From Candidatus Kapaibacterium sp. (GTDB lineage Bacteria > Bacteroidota > Ignavibacteria > Kapaibacteriales > HRBIN21), in the NCBI GenBank assembly GCA_938084565.1, contig CALKEU010000013.1, forward strand, positions 8,987-72,986: a DNA stretch of 64,000 nt. Direction: 5' to 3'. The translations under genes were made by a program, and so were the position numbers. This document shows, piece after piece, positions 40,439-50,713 of this stretch; the stretch's first letter is position 1, and every line of letters begins with the position of its first letter. A model generated the notes under the pieces. The model had not been told where the DNA came from, made no database searches, and saw nothing but the letters and a program-made list of their open reading frames with translations.

Positions 40439-41539
40439 ATGGCGGAGACCCAGCTGGAACAACGAGTGCGCTCCTACGATGGGGTTGTTGATCGCATCGT
40501 AGAACTCTTGGGAGAGGCCGAAGCACGGTATCTGCTGGAGCATCGTTGTACGACAATCCCCCGGGACCTTTTGCACCTGCCAGGTCCAGACTTCGTCGAT
40601 CGGATCTTTGCTGCCTCTGATCGCAACAATCAGGTACTCCGAAATCTGCAGTGGATCTTCAACACGGGGCGTCTGGCGGGGACGGGCTATCTGTCCATCT
40701 TGCCTGTCGATCAAGGGGTAGAACATTCGGCCGGCGCTAGCTTTGCGCCGAACCCGATTTACTTCGACCCTGAGAACATTATCCGCCTGGCGCTTGAGGG
40801 TGGCTGTAATGCGGTCGCCTCTACCTTCGGTGTGCTCGGGAGCGTCGCACGCCGCTATGCGCACAAGATCCCCTTCATTGTCAAACTCAACCACAACGAG
40901 CTCCTCACCTATCCGAATAAGTACGACCAGGTACTCTTCGGCACTGTCCAGCGGGCATACGATATGGGGGCTGCGGCTGTGGGAGCTACAATCTACTTCG
41001 GCTCTGCAGAGAGCGCTCGGCAGATTCGGGAGATTGCAGATGCCTTTGCCCTTGCACATGAGCTCGGTATGGCAACGGTTTTGTGGTGCTATCTCCGCAA
41101 TAGTGCCTTCAAGGCTGACAAGGACTACCATGTCGCGGCTGATTTGACCGGACAAGCTAACTACTTGGGGGTAACGCTTCAGGCTGATCTTGTCAAGCAG
41201 AAGCTACCCGAGAATAACGGCGGCTTTGTAGCGCTTTCCTTTGGGCGGACAAGCCCCCTGGTGTACGAACGGTTGACTTCCGATCACCCGATTGACTTAT
41301 GCCGGTACCAAGTGGCAAATTGCTACATGGGCCGCATTGGATTGATTAACAGCGGTGGGGAATCCAAGGGGGCAAGCGATATGGCGGAGGCAGTGCGGAC
41401 GGCCATCATCAACAAGCGAGCTGGTGGGATGGGGTTGATTGCAGGCCGGAAGGCCTTCCAACGTCCGCTGAAAGAGGGCATAGCCCTGCTCCAGGCGGTG
41501 CAGGATGTGTATCTTTCAGCGGCGATAGAGGTTGCCTGA
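40439..41539 (+). CDS. fbaB: Class I fructose-bisphosphate aldolase
   Basis: [52 protein letters not shown]. Confidence 0.95.
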   Translation: MAETQLEQRVRSYDGVVDRIVELLGEAEARYLLEHRCTTIPRDLLHLPGPDFVDRIFAASDRNNQVLRNLQWIFNTGRLAGTGYLSILPVDQGVEHSAGASFAPNPIYFDPENIIRLALEGGCNAVASTFGVLGSVARRYAHKIPFIVKLNHNELLTYPNKYDQVLFGTVQRAYDMGAAAVGATIYFGSAESARQIREIADAFALAHELGMATVLWCYLRNSAFKADKDYHVAADLTGQANYLGVTLQADLVKQKLPENNGGFVALSFGRTSPLVYERLTSDHPIDLCRYQVANCYMGRIGLINSGGESKGASDMAEAVRTAIINKRAGGMGLIAGRKAFQRPLKEGIALLQAVQDVYLSAAIEVA

Positions 41540-41578
41540 GGTTGTCTTGGTTAGTCCCACACTACAGGAGCTGGACCG

Positions 41579-42337
41579 ATGCAGCGGTGGTTGACGGGCT
41601 CTCTTGCGGCGTTGGTATTATTTGGCCTAGGGTGCTCGAAGGAGAGCACTGAGCCGGGCCCGCCCCCGAATTACTTTCCGCTCAAGGTGGGCAACTGGTG
41701 GGTGTACACGGGGATCGAGCTCGACACTGCAGGGGCAGAAGTGCCTGGGACGGAGTGGCGGGATTCGACTGTTGTGGTTGGGGAGGTCACTGTGCAGGGG
41801 CGGAAGGGCTACGTAATGGTGACATACCGCAGTGGGTCACGAGAGGGTGTTGATACAACGATCGTGGCTACAGATGGAGGGCGGCTATACATCTACTTAG
41901 AGGGCCACAGCGAAGAAATTCCTGGCCCCACAGGGTGGGTAAAGTTTGCCGATGTGGCTGCAGGGTCATGGCGTCTATTGGATACGACGGTGACAGATGC
42001 TCCCGTGGAGGAGAATTTGACGGTGACGGGGACCTTGAGCTGGGGGGGTGAGCGCGGAGGGGCGCAAGTGGTGACAGTCAAAGGGCGGCAGGTGACGGCA
42101 CAGGAATTTCGCGTGCGAATACAGTTTGAGGGTAGACTTCGCTCCAGAGGGGTGGAGATAGGGACAATGTCCTTTACGATGGTGCAGCATCTCTGGGCTG
42201 CCGAGGGAATCGGGATTGTGCGGTGGCAGACAGATCCGTCTGAGATGGTGATACGCTCATCTCTACTCCCAGGTGGCCAGATGACACAAAAAGAAGAAGG
42301 AGAACGCACGATGCTGGTGGACTATTTCGTCCAGTAG
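41579..42337 (+). CDS. Hypothetical surface lipoprotein
   Basis: Lipobox GLGC-SKEST, YFPLKVGNWWVY and WAAEGIGIVR motifs typical of all-beta Bacteroidota lipoproteins. Confidence 0.75.
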   Translation: MQRWLTGSLAALVLFGLGCSKESTEPGPPPNYFPLKVGNWWVYTGIELDTAGAEVPGTEWRDSTVVVGEVTVQGRKGYVMVTYRSGSREGVDTTIVATDGGRLYIYLEGHSEEIPGPTGWVKFADVAAGSWRLLDTTVTDAPVEENLTVTGTLSWGGERGGAQVVTVKGRQVTAQEFRVRIQFEGRLRSRGVEIGTMSFTMVQHLWAAEGIGIVRWQTDPSEMVIRSSLLPGGQMTQKEEGERTMLVDYFVQ

Positions 42338-42354
42338 CCTGGTGGGTGCTCCGT

Positions 42355-42438
42355 GGAGGGTTCGCCTAATTGGTAGGGCAGCGGTCTTGAAAACCGCCGG
42401 GCGCTGAGCCCATGAGGGTTCGAGTCCCTCACCCTCCG
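42355..42438 (+). tRNA. tRNA-Ser(TGA)
   Basis: Acceptor GGAGGGT/ACCCTCC, anticodon arm GCGGT-CTTGAAA-ACCGC, variable arm GGGC/GCCC, GGTTCGAGTCC T-arm. Confidence 0.93.
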
Positions 42439-42452
42439 CTACTGCAGGGGGA

Positions 42453-42833
42453 TCAAGGGAGGATTTCGCACTCTACTTCGACAACGCCTTCGCGAAGCAT
42501 GTCGAGCGCTCGGGCAGCTGCTTCGGAGAGATCGAGGATGCGCTCAGGGTGATGGGGGCCTCGGTCGTTGATGCGGACCACAACAGAGCGTCCATTCCGG
42601 AGATTCGTGACGCGCACGCGCGTTCCAAAGGCGAGGCTCCGGTGCGCAGCAGTCAGTGCGGCTGGATCGTAGAGCTCTCCGCTGGCGGTAGGACGGCCCG
42701 CGAATTCAGCTCCGTAGAAAGAGGCCAAACCACGGAAGCGTTGTCCCGAGGAGGTAAAGCGCGTCGTTGAGGCACATCCGCTAATGCTCCAGAGAAAGGA
42801 GCACAGAACCACAGCGAACACGACAATGTACAT
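42453..42833 (-). CDS. rlpA: RlpA-family lytic transglycosylase lipoprotein (DPBB only)
   Basis: Lipobox ISGC, GLASFYG..F.GRPTASGE, TAAHRSL.FGT, VRINDRGP, LDLSEAAA. Confidence 0.92.
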   Translation of the reverse strand: MYIVVFAVVLCSFLWSISGCASTTRFTSSGQRFRGLASFYGAEFAGRPTASGELYDPAALTAAHRSLAFGTRVRVTNLRNGRSVVVRINDRGPHHPERILDLSEAAARALDMLREGVVEVECEILP

Positions 42834-42841
42834 GCTGCGAG

Positions 42842-45800
42842 CTACAGACGCACACTGATGCGCACTTCCCACAAGCGCTGTGCCGATGGCAATACGACCG
42901 TTGTGGAGCCAGTTGTAGTGCTCAGCTGCAAGAGAACGCGCTGGAGAAAGCCTGCTTCCCCGCGTAGGAGCTCGCTCAAAGGGATCTCGACGGTGAATTC
43001 TGCTTGCTGGAGTGGGTTCACCAGTAACCCTCCCCAGCGAAGGGTAATGCCACCGAGTTGGCCAGTAATGCGAGCGCGCATCTGCTCTAGGTCAAATGTC
43101 CCCGTGGTTGGGTCAATTTGGACATCCTGGATGAGTGCAAGCCCGCGGAAGAGCTCTGTAGCCGCTTTCGATGCCAATGTGGAGAGATTCGCCAGCGGGA
43201 TCTCCCGTCCGAGGCCTCCGTTTGCACTCCAGGAGCCCTCTAACTCTTCCTGCGTGCGCCCTACGAGGAGCAGCCAGAGAACATCGCTAAAGAGCTTGCT
43301 TTCATCACCCGTGCCAGCTGTGCCGGCAATGCTGTAGCTCCAATTGCCGATGGAGAGATTCCGTCGAGTGCCGCGAAGAGTGAAGCGAATCTCGTAACTC
43401 TGCCGCTGGTTGTTGAAGAGCCGAACACCTTGGTAGCGGACTTCTATGTCCAGCTCAGGATTGTCGATTTCGCCCGTGGTAAAGCTGATCGTGCCGGTGG
43501 CAGCAAAGTTGCGGTAGAACTTGTAGACCGATCCGGGCCGTAGGCGGAGGCGTCCAAGGAGCTGTGGAATTCCTTCGGGCCCTGTGACATAGGCTAGCGG
43601 GATCGCTGGGTTTTCTGCTTCCAGATCGGCGTAGAGCTGTTGCGTTGGAGCTAAATCCATTGTGATCGAGACCGTCCCCAAAAGATAGATACGCACGTCG
43701 TAGAAGAGCCGGTCCATGAAGCTGGGTTCAGCGCGCACAACGGTTGGAGCCGTAGACGCGGTGTGCTCTTCTGTTTCCAGACTCGTTCCTTGGCCTGTAA
43801 GCCAGTGATAGTCAGCCAGCAGTGAGGTTGACGGAGGCACTATCCAACTTTCAGCCGGCATGAAGAGACGGGCAGTCCGAATGAGAAGGGAACCGCGTAA
43901 CTGCGGCCGTTCCCAAGTGCCAACAAGCTGGAGGGGCGGTTCTCCGGTTGCAAGGACCAAGGGTCCGTAGAGGGGCGTCCGCGCACGGGCCGAGCTATAG
44001 CTGAGCACCAGGATTTGGGGTGAGCGAAACTGAAGCTCTAAGTTCCAGGGACGCAGCTGGCGGAATCCGATGGTCCCTGTCACCGTTGCTCTCCCCTCAG
44101 GGAATTCCTCCGGTACATTGCGCAACACCAGGTGCTCGATGGTAAGCTGCTGCCCCTGTAGACGGAACCTAAAGGTGGCCGTATAACTTATGCCGGTTGT
44201 ACTCACCGCAAAGGCCAGCGAATCCCCCCGAGCTGACCCGGTAACAGTAAGGTCCGAGGGTAGATGCCCATTCAGCGCAATATCCATGTGGAGGGAGCCG
44301 TGGAGCTGGCGCAGTTCTGGAACGAAGGGGCTCAGGAGAGCAGCATTGAGCTGACTGGCCTCAATCCGAACAGAGACAGGGATGCGGCTGAAGAGCTTGT
44401 CCTGCAGGGGAAACGAGGCGATCTGTAACTGCAGGCGGTGGAGGCCTGCCTGAAGAGTTGCTACTCCACGCAGGCGCTCGGCAGTGGCAGCGGCCGTGAC
44501 GGAGAGGTTGCCAAGATAGGTGGTGTCGTAGCTGAGCTGCCTCAGCGACAGCCCCAGCTGTCCCTCGGGGGTGTCCAATCGGCCAGAGAGCACAAGGGTT
44601 AGCGTATCGAGATGGCCCGCAAGGGGGATAAGCTCCGGACGCCGGTACTCCGGCGGAAGGAGGGGCCAGAGATCGGACAGAAGCATGTGGTACAGATCAG
44701 CTCGCAGGTGCAGGGAATCTCCGAAGACGCGTCCGCGGAGGCGCAAGCGCTCGTGCCCTCGACGCTCCAGGAGCATGGTATCAACTGTTAGGCCAGCTGC
44801 AGCTAGCCGGAGAGTGGCCGGGGCAGCAGTTCTCCATGCAAAACCTGACGGGAGGTGCTGTAGACCCAGAGAATCAAGTCTGACAACGTACTGTCCCGTG
44901 CTCTGCTCCAATACAGCCGAAGCAGCAGCAGTTACAAGGTCCTGGAGGGCAACTCGAAGGCTGAGCTGCCCTGTTCTACTGCTGAGCTCCCACCGGAGTT
45001 CGAGGGTATCTACCGTCTGTGCCCCAAGCTGCAGCGACAGACTATGCAGCATGCCACTTGTGCTGGCCAACATTGGGTATGTTCCAGAGAGGTGAAAGCC
45101 GATGCCAACACTATCCAGACGGAGCCAATCGCTACGGATGGAGAGGCTGTCGGTGGCAATTGTCAGGAAGCGTCCGCTGCAACGCTGGAGCCAGAGGAAG
45201 GCAGTATCGGTTTTGGCGCTCAACGTTCCGGCCATCGAGAGAGAACCCTGGAGCTGCAGCGGGGAAGACCATTGCTCGAGCCAGCCGAGATCATGCAGCT
45301 CAACCGTGAAGTGCAGCTCGGCACTGTCAGGGAGAGCCATGGGGGGAGGGAGTGTAACGGAGGAAGAGAGCGTACGCTGATGCTCAGCCAACCACCGTGC
45401 GGTGGCATATCCGAGGCTCTGCAGCAAGAGTGGGACAGTAGATAGGCGCCAGTTCCCCGACAACTGGATGGTGAAGGGATCCCCGCGGAGCTGCAGAAAG
45501 CGTCCCGAGAGAGAGGGACGGCTGACCTGAAGCATCACCTCGAAAGGCAGGAGAGTCCACCAGTGGTACTGGAGGTGCTCGACCTGAGCCTGGAAAAAAC
45601 CCTCGAGGCTATCGGGGTGGAGTCCCTGTCCAGACAGTTGAGCTCGGAGGGTGAGTAGCTCCGGGAGTGCTGTATCGGCAGCGAGTGCTGCTAGGGGAAG
45701 GTTGACCAAAGTTGCCTCCAGACGGTAGCTCGGCCGCGTCACTGGCATGAGCTGTAGCCAGCCAACGAGCTTAACTGTAGCGGTGTCGGACACTACGAGC

Positions 45801-47287
45801 AAGCGGCCGTATGCGGTATCCACCTGCAGGAAACCCTCGCTCAGGCGGGCCGAGAGGTGAGCCTCCTGGATAGGGATTCCCCGAATGGAGCCACCGCTGA
45901 GGTGCGCACGTACGTAGAGCTCAGTGTGCTCGAGCTCCTGCCCGCTGCCGTCTAACTGGAGTGTGCCGCGGAGAGTGCTCGGGAGAGAAAGCTCGGGCAG
46001 AAGTTGGCCGACGTCGAACTTCGGTGTGGAAAGGGAGAGGCTGTAGAGGGGGCGTGGAGTATTCCAATGGCGCAGGCGTACCCGGAGGGAAAAACGGCCT
46101 GGCTGCGTCTCTACGTCCCCGGAGGCCTCTAACTCTGCTGGACTGAGAGCGAAGCGGAGGTGGCGCAGCCGTATCAGAGCGAGTCGTTGAGTCTGCGGGG
46201 GTAGCTCGGGTGCAAGGTAGGGAAGGAGTTCAGGTGGAATGGTGGCCGATTCGACAACACCTCGGACTTGAGGATGCTCCGCTATCGGGGTAACGTGTAG
46301 TGCTCGCAATTGTGCGTAGGCGCTCCCGAGTCGGAGGGTCAGATCCGGAATAGACAACTGCTGCAAAGTCCCCTCGAGATGAGCCGTCGCCGAGAGCTTT
46401 CCCGGAAGCTTTGGAAGGGAGGGAAACCAATCGGCCAGGCGGGGGAAATCGAGTGAATCAAGCTGGAGTAAGCCGTGGAGCTGACCAAAACGGAGCACAG
46501 AGTCAGGCGATGTCTTCGGCTGGGGCTGCGGCATATGGGCATGGAGCTCCAGACGCAGTCCCAGCCCGGGGGAGCGGAGCCGTACCCCCTCGAGGCGAAA
46601 GGATGTAGGAGCTAGGGCTATAGAGCCCTGGAACTGCTCAACCGTGGTGCTGGACAGAAGCTCGCGAAAGCGGAGTCTGCGCACGGCAACGTACATCCGG
46701 TGCTGATGGGGGAAGAGCGTAGCGCTTATCAGGAAGTCTACGCCCTGCAGCTGCCACTGCCCTTGGCCCAGCACTCCTTCGGTGGCAGGGGCGAGGGAAT
46801 CAACCAGGAGTATCCTGCCCCGATGGCCCTGGATACTGCGCAGCCAGACAGAGATGTTGGGCGGCTGACCGCCCTGCGTGTCCGCACCCAAGATGCGCTC
46901 CAGATTCCACAGGCCGTCGTGGCCACGGCGGAGGCCAATGAAGGGGCGTTCAAGCACAAGGGACGGAATGACAACACGCCGGTGCGTAAGGGCAAAGGCT
47001 TCGTAACTGAGGAGGGCTGAAGGCACGAAGATGACCGTATCGCCGTGGGCATCCTGCAGGAGGAGCTCGCGAAGCTCGAGGCCCGAAAGCCCGCGGAGGC
47101 GCACTGCCCCAATGGAGAGCTGCCCTTCACGGAGCTCCTGGTTGAGGCGCTCGATGAGCTGCTGCAGGAGCCACCTCTGAACAACGGGCAGTTGTAAGAG
47201 TGCCACGCACCCTATACCGACAATGAGGAGAGCGCCCACCAGTGCTCCGAGACGATAGAGCCATGGGCGGGACCGGTTGTGAGGCAT
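42842..47287 (-). CDS. tamB: TamB/AsmA-like translocation and assembly protein
   Basis: N-terminal TM (LQLPVVQRWL), about 1450 aa of beta-taco-like repeats, C-terminal GTISFT.G..NPELDI. Confidence 0.7.
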   Translation of the reverse strand: MPHNRSRPWLYRLGALVGALLIVGIGCVALLQLPVVQRWLLQQLIERLNQELREGQLSIGAVRLRGLSGLELRELLLQDAHGDTVIFVPSALLSYEAFALTHRRVVIPSLVLERPFIGLRRGHDGLWNLERILGADTQGGQPPNISVWLRSIQGHRGRILLVDSLAPATEGVLGQGQWQLQGVDFLISATLFPHQHRMYVAVRRLRFRELLSSTTVEQFQGSIALAPTSFRLEGVRLRSPGLGLRLELHAHMPQPQPKTSPDSVLRFGQLHGLLQLDSLDFPRLADWFPSLPKLPGKLSATAHLEGTLQQLSIPDLTLRLGSAYAQLRALHVTPIAEHPQVRGVVESATIPPELLPYLAPELPPQTQRLALIRLRHLRFALSPAELEASGDVETQPGRFSLRVRLRHWNTPRPLYSLSLSTPKFDVGQLLPELSLPSTLRGTLQLDGSGQELEHTELYVRAHLSGGSIRGIPIQEAHLSARLSEGFLQVDTAYGRLLVVSDTATVKLVGWLQLMPVTRPSYRLEATLVNLPLAALAADTALPELLTLRAQLSGQGLHPDSLEGFFQAQVEHLQYHWWTLLPFEVMLQVSRPSLSGRFLQLRGDPFTIQLSGNWRLSTVPLLLQSLGYATARWLAEHQRTLSSSVTLPPPMALPDSAELHFTVELHDLGWLEQWSSPLQLQGSLSMAGTLSAKTDTAFLWLQRCSGRFLTIATDSLSIRSDWLRLDSVGIGFHLSGTYPMLASTSGMLHSLSLQLGAQTVDTLELRWELSSRTGQLSLRVALQDLVTAAASAVLEQSTGQYVVRLDSLGLQHLPSGFAWRTAAPATLRLAAAGLTVDTMLLERRGHERLRLRGRVFGDSLHLRADLYHMLLSDLWPLLPPEYRRPELIPLAGHLDTLTLVLSGRLDTPEGQLGLSLRQLSYDTTYLGNLSVTAAATAERLRGVATLQAGLHRLQLQIASFPLQDKLFSRIPVSVRIEASQLNAALLSPFVPELRQLHGSLHMDIALNGHLPSDLTVTGSARGDSLAFAVSTTGISYTATFRFRLQGQQLTIEHLVLRNVPEEFPEGRATVTGTIGFRQLRPWNLELQFRSPQILVLSYSSARARTPLYGPLVLATGEPPLQLVGTWERPQLRGSLLIRTARLFMPAESWIVPPSTSLLADYHWLTGQGTSLETEEHTASTAPTVVRAEPSFMDRLFYDVRIYLLGTVSITMDLAPTQQLYADLEAENPAIPLAYVTGPEGIPQLLGRLRLRPGSVYKFYRNFAATGTISFTTGEIDNPELDIEVRYQGVRLFNNQRQSYEIRFTLRGTRRNLSIGNWSYSIAGTAGTGDESKLFSDVLWLLLVGRTQEELEGSWSANGGLGREIPLANLSTLASKAATELFRGLALIQDVQIDPTTGTFDLEQMRARITGQLGGITLRWGGLLVNPLQQAEFTVEIPLSELLRGEAGFLQRVLLQLSTTTGSTTVVLPSAQRLWEVRISVRL

Positions 47288-47296
47288 AGGAGCGTA

Positions 47297-48331
47297 CTAT
47301 CCTTGGAATTCTCCCGAGCGCTCGAGGAAGCGGCAGAGCAGCTGGATTGCCGCCTCAACGTCTGCTTTGTGAACACACTCGACGACCGAGTGTGTGTAAC
47401 GATTCGGGATGGAAATGGTGCAGACAGGGATGCCGGCGCGGCTGAGCTGCATGGCCGCAGCGTCGGTCCCGCCACGGGGCAGTATCTCGAGCTGGTGTGG
47501 AATTGCTTCCTGCTCGGCAATCTGGCGCAGGAAGCGTACCAGAGCGGGATGGGAGATCGAGTAAGAGTCCACAAGCTTGATGGCAACCCCGTGACCCAGC
47601 CGAGTGCAGTACTGATGTTCTTCCATCCCCGGGGTGTCGGCGGCAATGGTAACATCGATCGCAATGCCAAGATGAGGGTCAAGGCCAAAGGCAGCAGTCC
47701 GAGCTCCCCGGAGGCCAACCTCTTCCTGGACAGTAGCTACAGCGTAGACAGTATCGGGACTCTGGCGGTACCGCTTGAAGGCTTCCACCATGACGTAGAG
47801 TCCCACGCGGTTGTCCAATGCCTTGCCGGTGTAGAAGTTGCCCATCTCGATGAGCTCGCGCTCGAGCGTAATGGGATCCCCGATGCTGACGAGCTCCTTG
47901 ACCTCGTCGGCGGGCAGTCCGACATCAATGAAGAGCTCCTCCAGTGGAATGACCTTGGAGCGCTCTTCCGGGGTGGTCAGATGGGTTGCTTTGATCCCGA
48001 TGACTCCATCGAGCACCCGTCGGCCATAGATCTTGACCCGCTGCGCCACGAGCGTGCGAGGGTCAAAGCCGCCGAGGGGATGGAAATAGAGGAAGCCCTC
48101 CTTGTGAATGGCGCGGACGAGGAAGGCAATCTCGTCCATGTGAGCAGCCAGCATCAGGGTGCGAGGCTGCGCTCCAGTGCCGTGCCGACGGGCGATGACA
48201 TTACCCATGGCATCGATACGGATGTCATCGGCATAGTCCTGGAGCTCTGCCACGACGAGCTCTCGGAGGGCCTCTTCACGGCCCGGGACACCAGGAGTGG
48301 CACACAAACGCCGGAGGAGTTCTACGGACAT
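47297..48331 (-). CDS. M42-family aminopeptidase
   Basis: GVPGRE, DAMGNV, AAHMDE, KALDNR, QEEVGLRGA, GGTDA, RYTHS. Confidence 0.93.
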   Translation of the reverse strand: MSVELLRRLCATPGVPGREEALRELVVAELQDYADDIRIDAMGNVIARRHGTGAQPRTLMLAAHMDEIAFLVRAIHKEGFLYFHPLGGFDPRTLVAQRVKIYGRRVLDGVIGIKATHLTTPEERSKVIPLEELFIDVGLPADEVKELVSIGDPITLERELIEMGNFYTGKALDNRVGLYVMVEAFKRYRQSPDTVYAVATVQEEVGLRGARTAAFGLDPHLGIAIDVTIAADTPGMEEHQYCTRLGHGVAIKLVDSYSISHPALVRFLRQIAEQEAIPHQLEILPRGGTDAAAMQLSRAGIPVCTISIPNRYTHSVVECVHKADVEAAIQLLCRFLERSGEFQG

Positions 48332-48358
48332 GACCGCGGTACAGCCACGTAGTCACAC

Positions 48359-49774
48359 CTACTCTTCGCCCTGGGCTCTGCTGTAGAGGGCAGTGCCATT
48401 GACGTGGTGGAGCTTTTCAACGTGCATCCATACTACCCCATCGGCTGTCAGGGTTGACAGCGCCTCGAGGAGTTCGGTTTCGCTGAGGGGTTCTTCGGCC
48501 AGATACCGGCATCGGTACCAGTCTACCAGGACGATCGGCGGAGTTGGCCCTGGATAGACCTTCGTGCCGCGGTTGGAGATCATCTGGAGGCGCAGTTTGC
48601 CAATGCGTTCAGGGAGTTTAGGCACTCCTGCGGGGGAGCGGACGAAGAGATCCATCCCATAGAGCTGCCATGCTACCTCGGGCAGAGAGCTCATCGGCTG
48701 GGGGGTGGGCTCGGAAGCCGAGAGGGGGTGCGGGTACTCCGTAAAGTCGAGTGGGCGGAGATTGCTGATAATGGCGCGGGCGAACTCTCTCGTGCTGGCA
48801 TTACCGCCGAGATCCCGGGTGCGCAGACCGCTGGCCAGAGTCAGGCGCAGGGCTTCCTCGATTCGCTCTGCGTGGCGATGGAGCCCCAGGAAGCGCAGCA
48901 TCTGAGTAGCCGAAAGCAGCAGTGCGGTGGGATTGGCAATGCCACGGCCGGCAATGTCGGGGGCTGAACCGTGGACGGCTTCGAAGACGGCGCGTCCGTG
49001 CCCTACATTACCCCCGGGAGCAACACCGAGCCCGCCAACGAGGCCAGCGCAGAGATCGCTCACAAGGTCGCCGAAGAGGTTGGGCAAGACCAGTACGTCG
49101 AAACTCTCCGGCCGTACGACCAGCTGCATGCAGAGATTGTCCACCAGGATGTCGTCGGCCTGAAGTTCTGGGTAGTCAGCGGCAATGGCGTAGAAGCGCT
49201 CACGGAAGAGCCCATCGCTCATCTTGTGGATGTTGGCTTTGTGGACGCAGGTGAGGCGACGGCGGCCCTGACTGCGGGCCAGTTCGAAGGCAAAGCGCAG
49301 GAAGATGTCCGAACCCGGGCGGGTGATGATGCGCAGTTGTTGCACCACGTCGGGAGTTTGCCAGTATTCGATGCCGCCGTAAGTATCCTCGATGTTTTCC
49401 CGCAGCACGATGAGGTCCACGTTGTCAAAGCGTGTACGCACACCGGGCAGCGATCGGGCTGGGCGTACGTTTGCGAAAAGATCCAGGATCTTACGGATGG
49501 TGACGTTGATGCTCTTGTGGCCTGTCCCGATCGGGGTCGTCGTCGGGCCCTTCAGAGCTACGCGGTTGCGGAGGATGGACTGCAGGGTCTGTGGGGGCAG
49601 TGGGGTACCGTAGAGGCGTGCGCATTCGAGCCCGGCTGGCTGTTCATCCCACTCAATCGGGACGCTTGCGGCATCCAAGATTTCTTGAACTGCCGCGGTG
49701 ATTTCCGGCCCAATACCATCGCCGCGAATGAGTGTGATGCGCCGATGGAGTTCCACCGAGGAAACCGTTTCCAT
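48359..49774 (-). CDS. icd: Isocitrate dehydrogenase, long type with C-terminal extension (start 49774 or GTG 49798)
   Basis: GDGIGPEI, KGPTTTP.G.GHKSINVTIRK, NLFGD, EAVHGSAPDIAG; extension LQMISNRGTKVYP..YSRAQGE as in Thermus-type ICDH. Confidence 0.88.
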   Translation of the reverse strand: METVSSVELHRRITLIRGDGIGPEITAAVQEILDAASVPIEWDEQPAGLECARLYGTPLPPQTLQSILRNRVALKGPTTTPIGTGHKSINVTIRKILDLFANVRPARSLPGVRTRFDNVDLIVLRENIEDTYGGIEYWQTPDVVQQLRIITRPGSDIFLRFAFELARSQGRRRLTCVHKANIHKMSDGLFRERFYAIAADYPELQADDILVDNLCMQLVVRPESFDVLVLPNLFGDLVSDLCAGLVGGLGVAPGGNVGHGRAVFEAVHGSAPDIAGRGIANPTALLLSATQMLRFLGLHRHAERIEEALRLTLASGLRTRDLGGNASTREFARAIISNLRPLDFTEYPHPLSASEPTPQPMSSLPEVAWQLYGMDLFVRSPAGVPKLPERIGKLRLQMISNRGTKVYPGPTPPIVLVDWYRCRYLAEEPLSETELLEALSTLTADGVVWMHVEKLHHVNGTALYSRAQGEE

Positions 49775-49800
49775 AGCCTTCAAGGAGTGTTCTGACACGC

Positions 49801-50673
49801 TCAGCGGAGACGAAGTGGGGCTGCGGCAGCTTGTACGATCTCGTACGTTGTGCCGTACCGATGGACCAACGCCACGAAGGAACAGTGGGCGGGCTTCCAG
49901 TCTACGCCAGCAGGGAAGCGATACGTGTAACGGCGCTGCAACACAGTGCCGGCAGGGGCCCCTGTCGGATGGAGCTGCTCCCCCCAGGCTCCTCCGATGC
50001 CATCTCGGAGGACGAAGCGGTGGAGGTAGTTTGGAATATCGGGCGGATTCCGGCGGTAGTCCAGCTGGTATTGGACCACGCTGTCCTCCACCAGGTAGAG
50101 GGCCAGATAGTGGTCGGGTGTGCCCGGCTGGCGATAGCGGACGGTAACCTCGAGGCTGACGGTGCTCGTGAGGGTGTCCATTGTCGCATCGAGCTCGAGC
50201 TCGAGCGGGGCACTGCGCTGGAGCTCTTCAGCCACGGCAGCTGCCCAGGCATCTTTGCCGAGGATGTGTCCTGTTGGGTAGCCGCGCCGATTGACCATCC
50301 CATTCGGATTACCCGCACGGCTGATGCCGAAGAAACGGTCGAGCTCTTCAGAGACTGGATTGCGGAAGTCATACGTGTATGGCGGGGCCGTCGGACGGGC
50401 AAAGAAGCCAGCATGGACACTGATGAGGATGAGACGCTCGCCATAGCGCTGCCGCAGTTCCTCGGCCCGTTCGTGTGCCTCCGGACAATTCCCGCAGCGA
50501 AAGCCAGTGTAGTCCTCCAGGACAACGCGACGGCTCTGCCCTATCGAATCCCCCTCCGAAAGGGAGCCTTCCCGGTAGGGAGGCTCAATAACGTCGCAGC
50601 CCAGTGCCCACCCCAGCCCCCCTACAAGCCCCACGGTCGAGATTACCCAGCCGAACAAGATACGGCGCAGCAT
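49801..50673 (-). CDS. Omp28-related outer-membrane lipoprotein (thioredoxin-like CxxC)
   Basis: Lipobox ALGC, VVLEDYTGFRCGNCP, GMVNR, YLHRFVLRD..WGE. Confidence 0.82.
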   Translation of the reverse strand: MLRRILFGWVISTVGLVGGLGWALGCDVIEPPYREGSLSEGDSIGQSRRVVLEDYTGFRCGNCPEAHERAEELRQRYGERLILISVHAGFFARPTAPPYTYDFRNPVSEELDRFFGISRAGNPNGMVNRRGYPTGHILGKDAWAAAVAEELQRSAPLELELDATMDTLTSTVSLEVTVRYRQPGTPDHYLALYLVEDSVVQYQLDYRRNPPDIPNYLHRFVLRDGIGGAWGEQLHPTGAPAGTVLQRRYTYRFPAGVDWKPAHCSFVALVHRYGTTYEIVQAAAAPLRLR

Positions 50674-50713
50674 GACAGCTCTCTCTCGAGCACCAACACG
50701 GCGTGGACCGCCG

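Noticed and set aside
42355-42438. Possible tRNA-Sec or opal suppressor because of 'TGA' and a long variable arm
   Set aside because: TGA is the anticodon itself (reads UCA, Ser). Sec needs a TCA anticodon and an extended acceptor stem; this one has a standard 7-bp stem.
34417-42438. Genomic island bounded by tRNAs
   Set aside because: No integrase or duplicated tRNA 3' end seen, and the interval contains core genes murC and fbaB.
47279-48352. 357-aa antisense ORF spanning the whole M42 peptidase gene (also 36288-37721, 10822-11916, 49831-50781, 48971-49795, 8797-9360)
   Set aside because: Shadow frames are expected opposite GC-rich genes; the translations show no recognisable motifs, and the opposite strand has a clear family assignment.
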